A stretch of 36,813 nt of DNA from a virus (Duplodnaviria; Caudoviricetes). Location of the stretch: the IMG/VR virus record IMGVR_UViG_3300016484_000181, positions 1 to 36,813 of that record; one strand, 5' to 3'. A program made the position numbers and the translations under genes. Below, in pieces: positions 1-8,294 of this stretch; position 1 is the stretch's first letter, and every line of letters begins with the position of its first letter. The notes below the pieces were generated by a model. It ran no database searches, was not told where the DNA came from, and saw only the letters and a program-made list of their open reading frames with translations.

Positions 1-3000
1 CCTGCTCATAGTTAGACACAAAGTCATCAAGTCTTTGTTTTAATGCCTTGTCAGATATAACTGACTTAAGACCTTTAGCCATGTCTAACAATGCATTGTT
101 TTCCATACCCTTCTTAGCCAATAGGTCGTGGAATGCTTCGTGGAAAACGGTGGTAACGCCAGCCGTTTCTAAGTTAATGTGTATGTCACCGTTAACGTAT
201 GACCCTCTGTTGTTATTAACACCTTGAGATATAGCCTCATCGTTTGTTATACCAGCAGACTTTGCAACACCAGCAACAAATGCATCAACGTTGTCGTGCA
301 AAATTATTTTTGCATTAGGAATGGCAGACAATACCTTCTGAACAGCTGTAAAAACTTTCTTTCTCTTTGTGTCAGTCTCCTTATTAATTCTTTCAGTAAC
401 AGTCTGACTAGTCTCTGGAGTAATAGTAACCTCAGATATTTGTGTAGTAGCCTGTTGCTCTGGCATTACCTTCTCGTCAAAGTTGTATCCAATAGAGAAT
501 GTCTTTAAGCCATCCTTTGTGTTCACTACAGAAACAAAGTCAGAGTCTGGACTATAGCTCTCAGTAAAGCTTAGATTGTCGTCGGACTTTACCCTTGGAT
601 TCATTGATCCGTCCTGGTACACCAATCCGTCAGAGTGTGCGACAGCCTCTTGGTTGAACTGTTTAGCAAAGTCAATGGCATCCTGTCTTGTTAGGTTAGG
701 AACAAAGAAAGAGTTCTCTGCCTGTCCATACTTTCCAGTTACACGTCTTGGCTTGTATCCTCTTCCAGTAAGCCACTCCTCAGCCTTTTGGTTTAGCTGT
801 TTGTTTTCTTCCTCGGTAAGAGGTTGGGCCATTGGGTTCTCAGCGGTAAGCAAACCGAAGTCTCCGTCAAGTTCTTTTGTCAACGTCTCTACGTCTTCAA
901 CTGGAAGCTCTTTAGATGCGTTCTCAACGTACTCACTGGTAGATCTGAATGCCTTTCTTTCCTCTGCCTGTGGTTCTGTTGGATATACGATGTCTACGTC
1001 AGCAATCTTTGCAGTAGCTCCTGGAACTACTTCTTCTTTGGTTGTGGCTTCACCTTCTTTGGTAACTTCTTCCCCTTGGACGATTGGTTCCACTCCTCCA
1101 CGTTCACCCCCTGCTTCTGTAACTCCTTCCTGTTCGCGTTGAAGTACGCCCTCTGTGCTTGGCTCTTGTACGGCATTTCCTAAATTTTTAAGTTGTTCAT
1201 TAATTTGACCTATTCTTTCCTTCTCTTTTACAACAAGGAAAGGATCCTTACCCTCAATCTTTTTATTTAGATTGTCTCTCTCTATCATTAGATCTAGTGC
1301 CACAGACTTATTGTCAATAGACATGTCTTCTGGCATAGAGTTTATTTTTCCTTTTATCTCTTTGAATGATTCTACAATTTCTTTTGCCTCGCTCTTTGAC
1401 ATTTTTCCACTAAGCATACTTGCCTTTAAGTTTGTAAGTAGTGCATTGTCAATTCCTTCAACGTTAGCAGATGTGATTAATAACTTTATCTGATCGTTAT
1501 TTTTTAGTGCATTTACTCCACGAGATAGTACGTCTACAGATTGTTGGGCAGACTCTACCATACCAGCACCTAATAATCCCATATAACCTTCGTATGCAAT
1601 GTCTCCAGTTATCTTCCAAGCCGATTCATTATTAAAATAATCAGTTTTTTTAATTCGATCGTAGGCTTCTTGAACTAATTTTTGAGCACCAGCCTGTGAC
1701 ATCTCTACTCCAGCTTCTACAGCAGAACTTCCTGCTGTTGTTATAGCAGCTCTACTAACGTATAGCTTTGTGCTGTTCATGATCTGTGCCTCGATCATTT
1801 CCTTACTAGCATTCTTTGATATCTGAGAGAACGCATTCTTTAGTATCCAACTTGATGCAGCCCTTTTAGCTACAGTCTTTTGTGTTAAATAACTTAATCC
1901 GTAGTTCTCAAGACCAGCACTAACTAGTGCATATAGCGATGACATTAATACCTTATCTTCTGATGATATGTCACCGACACCATCTAGAGTATCTCTCATC
2001 TCATTATATCCCATAGCATATAATGATATTAATGAACCTATTTGTGAAGCTCCTGGAATAACACTTTCCATTGATGAACCAATGGCTTTACCTATTCCCA
2101 TTGCAGACATTGATTTAGTTATTGATAGTGCTGCCTTGGTTAAATCAGATCTATTTTCTGACTGCATGTACTCCTCTGTAGTCCCAACACCAACTATATA
2201 GTCAATAAATTCTGTTCTCTGCTCCTTGTTCATCCCAGCTATAAAAGTTGGAACAGACATAGCTCCATCAACTATACTTCTGCCAAATGCACCAGCAGTC
2301 GTTCCAGTCATCTCTTTTATCATAAGGTTAGAGGCAATAGCCTTCTCTGAACCCTTAACATAATAGTTTAATGAGGTAAGGTCTCCCTTTACCTTTTCTC
2401 CCTTCATCTCTAAGTCAGCAGCACCATCCTTAATTTTCTGTCTGTAGTTGTTGTCGTATTCCTCTTGCGATATTTCTCCAGACTTAAGTTTAGCGTCTAT
2501 GTCATTTACGTATTGATTGAAGTTTTTTTGTTGAGATACAAACGTATTGTAGTTGTCCTTAACCTCATTAGAGTAATTGTTTGCGGCATTGATTATAATG
2601 TCGTCAGTCTTAATAGCCATGAACGCAGTTGCCTGCTCTTCTTTTGACTTGTTCTTTACTCTAGCATACGTGTCTCTTACTACCTTAGCATAGTCCTTTG
2701 TTAGTTGTGCTCCAGCTTCTTTAGCTTTTTTAGTTTCTTCTGGAAAGAACACAGACGATAGTCCCGATACATCTCTTCTGATCTGCTCGTTTAGTATTGT
2801 TTTATCTAAAGATGTTGCGTCAGATACTACCTTTGAGATCTCAGGATCTTGACCGTATATTGTTTCAGATATTCTTTTCTCTACACCAGCTACAGCCTCA
2901 TTGTACGCCTTGTAAGAATTGTTTAAGTCTGATACAACATTAGTTCTTAACCAGTCCTTTAGTACTTTAGCATTTTGCTTATCTGTATTATCAAAGAAAT

Positions 3001-3970
3001 TATCTAAAGAAATCTCATCACTAGCAACAGTAACACCATTATTTATCTTAGACACTTTAATGTTGTCTGTCATTATTCCAGTCTGTTCAAACTTAAACTC
3101 TGGAAATAATTTACTTAATGTTTCAACAGCATTTCCCTCGCTTCCACCTATAAGGTCTTTATTAACACTATTTAACCTAATATTAAAATTATTGATGTAC
3201 TCGTTCTTTCTTTTTATCTCTTCAGCTTTCTTATCATCAAACACCTCAGCATTTTGCTTGAAGTATGAGTTTAATGAGCTAACAGATTTCGGACTGACTA
3301 TAGTTAAGAACTCATTTGAACCTGGTCTCTTTACCTCCCATAGTCCGTCATCATTAATACGATATTCACTTCCTTCTTGACCTGGATATCCAGTAAAGTA
3401 TTGTTGTTCTTTACTTGTTGATGCCTGTACTCCGTTCTTCTTGTTTAGTTCAGCTACCTTCTTAGGATCGGTAACATCTTCGTATACATTTACATACGAC
3501 ATACCCATTGGCTGTCCAGTCTTAGGGTCAATTCTTTCTTGAATCTTTACCTCTTTCTTTTTCTGCCATGTTTGAACTCCATTGTTCTCATCTATCTTAT
3601 ACTCATCAGCTTTTTTTACTGGCTTAACCTGTTTAACTAGAGGGGTTTCCTTTGCCTCAAATACATCTTTATATTGTTGTACAGGTTGGTTTACATCAAT
3701 GTCCTGTATGTTCGTAAATCTCTCGATTAGTTGATTGTCCTCTGGAACTGCTACGGCCTTTTCTTCAAGCAGTTTTATCCTCTCTTCAACGTCACCAGCC
3801 TCTAATGGAGCATAGTTAGCTTGACCAATCTTTTTAAACCATCTACCGTTTTCTTTTTTGTACAAGGCATCAACGCCTTCATAGGTATATATACCATCAG
3901 GAAGTCCTTCTGGTGGATTGGCAGATCCATCTACCAATGCATCTGATGATTGTGAAAAGATATCTTCCAT
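1..3970 (-). CDS. Giant polyvalent ejection/internal virion protein, 3'-partial (over 1320 aa), with SAM-lyase-like and zincin domains
   Basis: ATG at 3970 (MEDIFSQSSDALVDG...). The frame was open in every segment I translated and runs off the left edge, which explains its absence from the ORF track. It has Gly/Ala-rich helices at about 1550-2300, TAENP/GKYG/ENSF/NQEAV at 476-862 and HEAFH at 128-142. It is the third gene after the GNAT, the usual position of the largest podovirus ejection protein. Confidence 0.85.
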   Translation of the reverse strand, partial: MEDIFSQSSDALVDGSANPPEGLPDGIYTYEGVDALYKKENGRWFKKIGQANYAPLEAGDVEERIKLLEEKAVAVPEDNQLIERFTNIQDIDVNQPVQQYKDVFEAKETPLVKQVKPVKKADEYKIDENNGVQTWQKKKEVKIQERIDPKTGQPMGMSYVNVYEDVTDPKKVAELNKKNGVQASTSKEQQYFTGYPGQEGSEYRINDDGLWEVKRPGSNEFLTIVSPKSVSSLNSYFKQNAEVFDDKKAEEIKRKNEYINNFNIRLNSVNKDLIGGSEGNAVETLSKLFPEFKFEQTGIMTDNIKVSKINNGVTVASDEISLDNFFDNTDKQNAKVLKDWLRTNVVSDLNNSYKAYNEAVAGVEKRISETIYGQDPEISKVVSDATSLDKTILNEQIRRDVSGLSSVFFPEETKKAKEAGAQLTKDYAKVVRDTYARVKNKSKEEQATAFMAIKTDDIIINAANNYSNEVKDNYNTFVSQQKNFNQYVNDIDAKLKSGEISQEEYDNNYRQKIKDGAADLEMKGEKVKGDLTSLNYYVKGSEKAIASNLMIKEMTGTTAGAFGRSIVDGAMSVPTFIAGMNKEQRTEFIDYIVGVGTTEEYMQSENRSDLTKAALSITKSMSAMGIGKAIGSSMESVIPGASQIGSLISLYAMGYNEMRDTLDGVGDISSEDKVLMSSLYALVSAGLENYGLSYLTQKTVAKRAASSWILKNAFSQISKNASKEMIEAQIMNSTKLYVSRAAITTAGSSAVEAGVEMSQAGAQKLVQEAYDRIKKTDYFNNESAWKITGDIAYEGYMGLLGAGMVESAQQSVDVLSRGVNALKNNDQIKLLITSANVEGIDNALLTNLKASMLSGKMSKSEAKEIVESFKEIKGKINSMPEDMSIDNKSVALDLMIERDNLNKKIEGKDPFLVVKEKERIGQINEQLKNLGNAVQEPSTEGVLQREQEGVTEAGGERGGVEPIVQGEEVTKEGEATTKEEVVPGATAKIADVDIVYPTEPQAEERKAFRSTSEYVENASKELPVEDVETLTKELDGDFGLLTAENPMAQPLTEEENKQLNQKAEEWLTGRGYKPRRVTGKYGQAENSFFVPNLTRQDAIDFAKQFNQEAVAHSDGLVYQDGSMNPRVKSDDNLSFTESYSPDSDFVSVVNTKDGLKTFSIGYNFDEKVMPEQQATTQISEVTITPETSQTVTERINKETDTKRKKVFTAVQKVLSAIPNAKIILHDNVDAFVAGVAKSAGITNDEAISQGVNNNRGSYVNGDIHINLETAGVTTVFHEAFHDLLAKKGMENNALLDMAKGLKSVISDKALKQRLDDFVSNYEQ
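1027..1176 (-). CDS. Small basic phage protein nested out of frame in the giant gene (MPYKSQAQRAYFNANRKELQKQGVNVEEWNQSSKGKKLPKKVKPQPKKK, 49 aa)
   Basis: ATG at 1176, TAG at 1029-1027, AT-rich upstream sequence (TTAAAAATTTAGGAA). Resembles stand-alone MP(F/Y)KSxAQ phage proteins from memory. Confidence 0.65.
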   Translation of the reverse strand: MPYKSQAQRAYFNANRKELQKQGVNVEEWNQSSKGKKLPKKVKPQPKKK

Positions 3971-3973
3971 TTT

Positions 3974-5407
3974 TTATTTTAAAGATTCAACAGCTTCGTT
4001 CCATTTTTCTAAACTTGAACCAGATCCGTAACCTAGTGCTGGCCCAAAGTCAGACGTACTCCATCCTATGTTTGGTATTTTAGTAACCCATGCTCCGCCA
4101 GTTACTTCTCCCCTTCTATTTTTTTGTCCTTTAGGGTCGTATTCTTGAATTGCAAAACTACTTCCAGTCCAAATAACTTTTGTTGTTTTACCTCCAAAAA
4201 TATCATTTAATGAATTTACGGCTTTATTTTTATCTTCAGTTGATAGTGCTGTTTTAACTCTTTGAGCAAGACCTAACGCTTTCTTGTCAACTGTATCTTT
4301 AGAACCTCCTCTACCTGTTCTTGGAGCTCTTGGCTCATCTTCAGTTCTGCTCATTGGGAACTGAGCCACGATTAAATCTCTCAGAATGTCTTCTGCATCC
4401 TTTTGTTGTTCTGGAGTAATCTGTGGTTGGTATCTATTGTTTTGATCTAATGAAACTTTTATCATTCTGTAAGAAACATTTTTAGCAAGGTTTTCTTTCT
4501 CACTTTCAGTCAAAGGCTTTTTACCTAGAATGCTTCTAGACTGCTCCTCTTCATTTATTGCTGACTGAATTATTTGCATTCTGTCTTCATCATCCTCATA
4601 AAAATCATAACCTCCATATCTAGCTAGTGCTTGTGCGGTTGTTCTTGGATTGTTTGTCATTCCAGTTATTAGTGCAACAACAGAATTTGCAACAGCAGGA
4701 TTCTTCATTGGATCTTTTATCGTAACAGTCCCATCTTCCATTGTGTATGCCTGTTTCATACCCCTAGTAGCAGTTACTATTTCCTTTTCAAAGTCATATC
4801 TTTGGTCCATTATGTTTGACTTGTCTGCTATAGCTAAACTATTCATAACTTTTTTAGTTTGGCCAGTAGCTGGATCAATCTTAACCATGTATCCCTCGCC
4901 ACTATCTGGACTGAACATGTAGTTGGAGTTTCTTAGATCAGATAAACCTGCATGTTTTTGAAGCAAGAACTCTTCAAACTCTGATCCATCAGGTGGAGAT
5001 CCATCCTCTCCAGGTTGTTGCCTCATAAGTAACTCTTGGTTAACAGTGTCAAAGTTCTTCATACTGTTAGACATACTAGACCAGTAAGAGTTTACGTTAT
5101 TAATAATAGATCTATACTCAGCTGGTTTTATCTGTCCTGCTTTTAGTCTTTTGTTTGCATCATTAATAACGTTTCTTCCATTCTCTGCACCAGCCAATAC
5201 GTAGTCCTGTAAGCTTTGTGTTTTTAATAATTCAGAGTTGTTAATGGCTGATATAGAGTCAGTCATTATTTTATCTAGATCCTGTCTTTGTTTTTCTCTG
5301 TCAAGACCTATATTGTTAATTGTATTATATAAGCCACCAATCGCCTTACCCCAGTCTACTGCTTCAACTGGCACGAATGTTCCGTAATTTTGTCTTGTTG
5401 TTGCCAT
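3974..5407 (-). CDS. Putative ejection/internal virion protein (477 aa)
   Basis: Helical, charged ORF between the small and the giant ejection-type genes, with 3-nt gaps on both sides. Confidence 0.6.
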   Translation of the reverse strand: MATTRQNYGTFVPVEAVDWGKAIGGLYNTINNIGLDREKQRQDLDKIMTDSISAINNSELLKTQSLQDYVLAGAENGRNVINDANKRLKAGQIKPAEYRSIINNVNSYWSSMSNSMKNFDTVNQELLMRQQPGEDGSPPDGSEFEEFLLQKHAGLSDLRNSNYMFSPDSGEGYMVKIDPATGQTKKVMNSLAIADKSNIMDQRYDFEKEIVTATRGMKQAYTMEDGTVTIKDPMKNPAVANSVVALITGMTNNPRTTAQALARYGGYDFYEDDEDRMQIIQSAINEEEQSRSILGKKPLTESEKENLAKNVSYRMIKVSLDQNNRYQPQITPEQQKDAEDILRDLIVAQFPMSRTEDEPRAPRTGRGGSKDTVDKKALGLAQRVKTALSTEDKNKAVNSLNDIFGGKTTKVIWTGSSFAIQEYDPKGQKNRRGEVTGGAWVTKIPNIGWSTSDFGPALGYGSGSSLEKWNEAVESLK

Positions 5408-5410
5408 GTA

Positions 5411-6121
5411 TTATGGGTTTTGATTATAATAATTAGGTGGAGCTAATGGTCCTTGACCAGCTGCAAATGGATCAAAATATTGAGCTCCATATCCTCCAGC
5501 AGCAGTTTCCGCCTCGGTAAGTGGTCTATTATAATTTAATCCAGGTAATGATTTTTTTGCGTTTTGTTTATTTTTATACAAATTTGCTAATTCAGAAGCA
5601 GATGATAACGCACTACCAGCAAATCCAAATGCGCCTTCAATTGCTGCGTTTCTATTAGCCTCAGCTTGAGCTCTTCTCATTTCAGCATCTTGCTTTTCAC
5701 CAAATGAAATATTAAAGTCTCTCTCTTGTTTTCTTTGATTAATACCCTGCTGTGCCTGAGCCTGTAATGCGTCTCTCTCAAACTTTAACTCATCAAGTCT
5801 AGCTGCATTTTGAAGGTCACTCTGTTCTCCTGCAACTGCAAGCTGTCCTACACCTCCAATAACACCCTCAGCACCTGCTCCTTGAAGCATGTTTACTGCC
5901 TGTGCCTCTCTTTGTGCTTGAGATTGTTGTGCTAATTGAGTTCCTAGAGTTGGAACTTGTAGTTGCTTGAATGCATTCTGTTCGCTTATACTCTTTAAAT
6001 CTTGACTTGCCTTTAGTGATGCTGCCTCAGCTTTCTTCATAGCTTTATTTTGACCGATAGCTTGAGCTGCGCTAACACCCAAACCACCTAAAGCTACTAT
6101 TGTTCCTGTTACTGCTGCCAT
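5411..6121 (-). CDS. Putative small ejection protein (T7 gp14 / P22 gp7-like architecture)
   Basis: Hydrophobic Gly/Ala N-terminus (MAAVTGTIVALGGLGVSAA), Gln/Ala-rich coiled coil, second hydrophobic patch AIEGAFGFAGSALSS, directly after the GNAT gene. Confidence 0.65.
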   Translation of the reverse strand: MAAVTGTIVALGGLGVSAAQAIGQNKAMKKAEAASLKASQDLKSISEQNAFKQLQVPTLGTQLAQQSQAQREAQAVNMLQGAGAEGVIGGVGQLAVAGEQSDLQNAARLDELKFERDALQAQAQQGINQRKQERDFNISFGEKQDAEMRRAQAEANRNAAIEGAFGFAGSALSSASELANLYKNKQNAKKSLPGLNYNRPLTEAETAAGGYGAQYFDPFAAGQGPLAPPNYYNQNP

Positions 6122-6122
6122 A

Positions 6123-6521
6123 TTATAAAATCTTTATCATTTCAGTTGTGTTTGCTGATCCCTTTTGGAATCCGCACTCTTCGTACATCTTTACTAGAGA
6201 TGGACTCTTTAACGTTGAAAAAGCATAAAGTAAACCTTTTTGTTTACAAATCTCTAAAAGAGAATATATTAAGAACTCTATGGCCTCCTTTCTGTCTTTT
6301 TCTCTGTAATGGAAGTTCGAAACTATGAACTCAATCCAAGCAACCTTTGAGTTTGTCATGTACACAAATCCAGCGCATACATCAACTCCATTGCTTGATA
6401 CCATAAGTCCTCCTGTACCACTCTCTGGCAAGAAGTCTTTCGATATAACTGGCCATCTCCAATCCTTCCACCAGCCACACAACTTATGATAATCGTCTTC
6501 AACTAGGTATCGGACTTCCAT
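6123..6521 (-). CDS. GNAT-fold acetyltransferase-like protein
   Basis: MEVRYL..DDY start, VCAGFVY and AWIEFIVSN strands, C-terminal KMYEECGFQ (Y-x-x-x-G-F motif). Position matches T7 gp13-like genes before ejection proteins. Confidence 0.65.
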   Translation of the reverse strand: MEVRYLVEDDYHKLCGWWKDWRWPVISKDFLPESGTGGLMVSSNGVDVCAGFVYMTNSKVAWIEFIVSNFHYREKDRKEAIEFLIYSLLEICKQKGLLYAFSTLKSPSLVKMYEECGFQKGSANTTEMIKIL

Positions 6522-6525
6522 ATCA

Positions 6526-6533
6526 CAAATTTA
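6526..6533 (-). promoter_or_regulatory. Bacteroidota -7 promoter element TAAATTTG
   Basis: Matches TAnnTTTG, lies 4 nt before the ATG at 6521, and overlaps the upstream stop codon. Confidence 0.6.
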
Positions 6534-7361
6534 CATAAAACTTTTGAATATTGTAGAGCCTATCTCGAATAATTCAACAGGAACACTAGAGTTATATGTT
6601 AGTGTAATATCCATATAATAACCCCTAGCACCATAAGACTCAGCTGTTGAGTTTTTAATAGCTACTAACTCTTGTCCATTAGAAGGAAGAGTACCAGTAA
6701 AAGACAAATAAATATCTGGATTTCCAGTAGCTGTATTATTATCTACAAATCCAACATCACCTATATATGTTAATGTTGTTCCAATGTATCTATATATTTG
6801 ATCTGGAGGAGATACATCCTTTATTTCTAATCTTTCTTGTGGAAACTTATTTATTGTTAAAACATCAGTGTACGGAAATGTTGCTGGCCCACTCTGTAAC
6901 AGGTTACCAATACCTATTATTCTGGTTGAAAGTTGATCATCTAATTGACTAAAATCAGTCAAGAAGTTTCCTATTGGATTAGGATTTCTTCTTATGTGTG
7001 CAAAATAACTTCCTTCCTTAAGCTCAAACCATGAATCGTCAATATTTCCAGATATTAAATCAGTAAAAACAGAAACAGTCCAAGGACTAGTACTCTCTAG
7101 TGAAACCGTCTTAAACAATTTAACTTCTAGTGGAGAATCATTAAATACCGTTCTAACAGAGCAAAATGCAGCATTTGCATAAGGCGTAGATGGATAGTAT
7201 ACAGTTCTTTGAGCTGAAGGTGAGTTGTGAAGGTATATGTTACCATTCTTAAATGTGTAAAAGCTATTACTTGAGTATACCATGTAATCTGGAATAAAAC
7301 TCCAGAATGAAGTCCATCCTTGAACATCGTCAGAGTATGATATAGTAAGTGGTGCTAACAT
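6531..7361 (-). CDS. Tail stabilisation/muzzle protein, C-terminal part encoded as a separate gene
   Basis: TISYSDDVQGWTSFWSFIPDYM..FYTFKNGNIYLHN, VKLFKTVSLES, KEGSYFAHI and YGARGYYM..VELFEIGS resemble the C-terminal portion of crAss-like stabilisation proteins. Confidence 0.65.
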   Translation of the reverse strand: MLAPLTISYSDDVQGWTSFWSFIPDYMVYSSNSFYTFKNGNIYLHNSPSAQRTVYYPSTPYANAAFCSVRTVFNDSPLEVKLFKTVSLESTSPWTVSVFTDLISGNIDDSWFELKEGSYFAHIRRNPNPIGNFLTDFSQLDDQLSTRIIGIGNLLQSGPATFPYTDVLTINKFPQERLEIKDVSPPDQIYRYIGTTLTYIGDVGFVDNNTATGNPDIYLSFTGTLPSNGQELVAIKNSTAESYGARGYYMDITLTYNSSVPVELFEIGSTIFKSFM

Positions 7362-7365
7362 AATA

Positions 7366-7373
7366 CAAATTTA
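7366..7373 (-). promoter_or_regulatory. Bacteroidota -7 promoter element TAAATTTG
   Basis: Matches TAnnTTTG in the intergenic gap, 4 nt before the ATG at 7361. Confidence 0.65.
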
Positions 7374-7379
7374 ATGAAT

Positions 7380-8294
7380 TTAAACCAAACAGCTATCTAT
7401 TGACTTTACTAGCTTATAGTAGTTGTAAGAGCACTTGTACTCAGACACTTTTTCGTTACTATTGTATGGGTAAGAGTCCATGTACTTAGCCTTGTGAAAC
7501 ATCTCGTCCTTGTCAGACATTACTCCTGCATTATGAAAGAAGAATACTTGATCCCATCTCTTTATATTACAAGTAGCCCAGCAAAAGTCAAACTCTCTAG
7601 GAACAACAACCTCTATACCTAACTTCCAAGCTGTCCATAGCTCGGCCCACATGCTTGCAGTCCATGCCTGTATACCATGATTACTTCCATCATTTCTAAC
7701 GTGCTGTAGCTGCATCATAACGTCATATAGCTCAAATGAGTATTTCTCAACCATCTCCCAGTACTCGTGAGTTAAATTCTTCATTAGCTTCTGTGCTCCG
7801 CCACTATTATTTTGGTTTGACTTGACAAGTTCTCTAGATATCCCAACAACGTCACACATGGCATCTAACACCTCTTCTCCCTTGCTTGCTATATACTCAT
7901 AGCCTATGTACGATATTGTGTCAGAGAAGTACCACTTGTCATCGTTCAAGAACTTGCCGAAGTCAAGGAACCTAGTAAATGCAAAGTCAGCATCAACAAA
8001 AAAATAAGCGCTGTTATCTGGGTGTTCTTTAAAGTGTTTCTTAAGTATATGTGCCTGTATTGCAGGAAGATACTTGCACTCACCTAGAGTATCCTCATAA
8101 AAGAAAAAGTTAACTCTTGAGTGAACTTTCTGTAACTTTAACCAAGACTCTGGTATGTCTTCTTGATATCCTGCAACAACATGCATCTGTTCTGGATCAT
8201 ATCCAGTCAACATGAGGTTAACTATTTGCACCTCAATTTGCCAAGCATAATAGTCTATAGCTGGTTGAGCTGATAGAAATTTAATTTTATTCAT
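7380..8294 (-). CDS. Putative GT-A peptide O-glycosyltransferase (HPAT/SERGT, GT95/GT96-like)
   Basis: YYAWQ near the N-terminus, YLPAIQAH, DxD in FFVDADF, GGAQ, AWTASMWAE, FHNAG. The ATG at 8294 overlaps the upstream TAA (TAATG) and is preferred over the TTG at 8300. Confidence 0.6.
   Translation of the reverse strand: MNKIKFLSAQPAIDYYAWQIEVQIVNLMLTGYDPEQMHVVAGYQEDIPESWLKLQKVHSRVNFFFYEDTLGECKYLPAIQAHILKKHFKEHPDNSAYFFVDADFAFTRFLDFGKFLNDDKWYFSDTISYIGYEYIASKGEEVLDAMCDVVGISRELVKSNQNNSGGAQKLMKNLTHEYWEMVEKYSFELYDVMMQLQHVRNDGSNHGIQAWTASMWAELWTAWKLGIEVVVPREFDFCWATCNIKRWDQVFFFHNAGVMSDKDEMFHKAKYMDSYPYNSNEKVSEYKCSYNYYKLVKSIDSCLV

Noticed and set aside
857-872. LDGDF in the giant protein as an RNA polymerase catalytic motif
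   Set aside because: It is not DxDxD and it sits at the start of the SAM-lyase-like domain. No virion RNA polymerase is supported within the window.
224-3380. Plus-strand ORFs 224-508, 576-1142, 824-1183, 1272-1493, 1968-2201, 2465-2647 and 2919-3380
   Set aside because: Antisense shadows of the giant minus-strand gene, with Ser/Leu/Phe-rich composition and no motifs.
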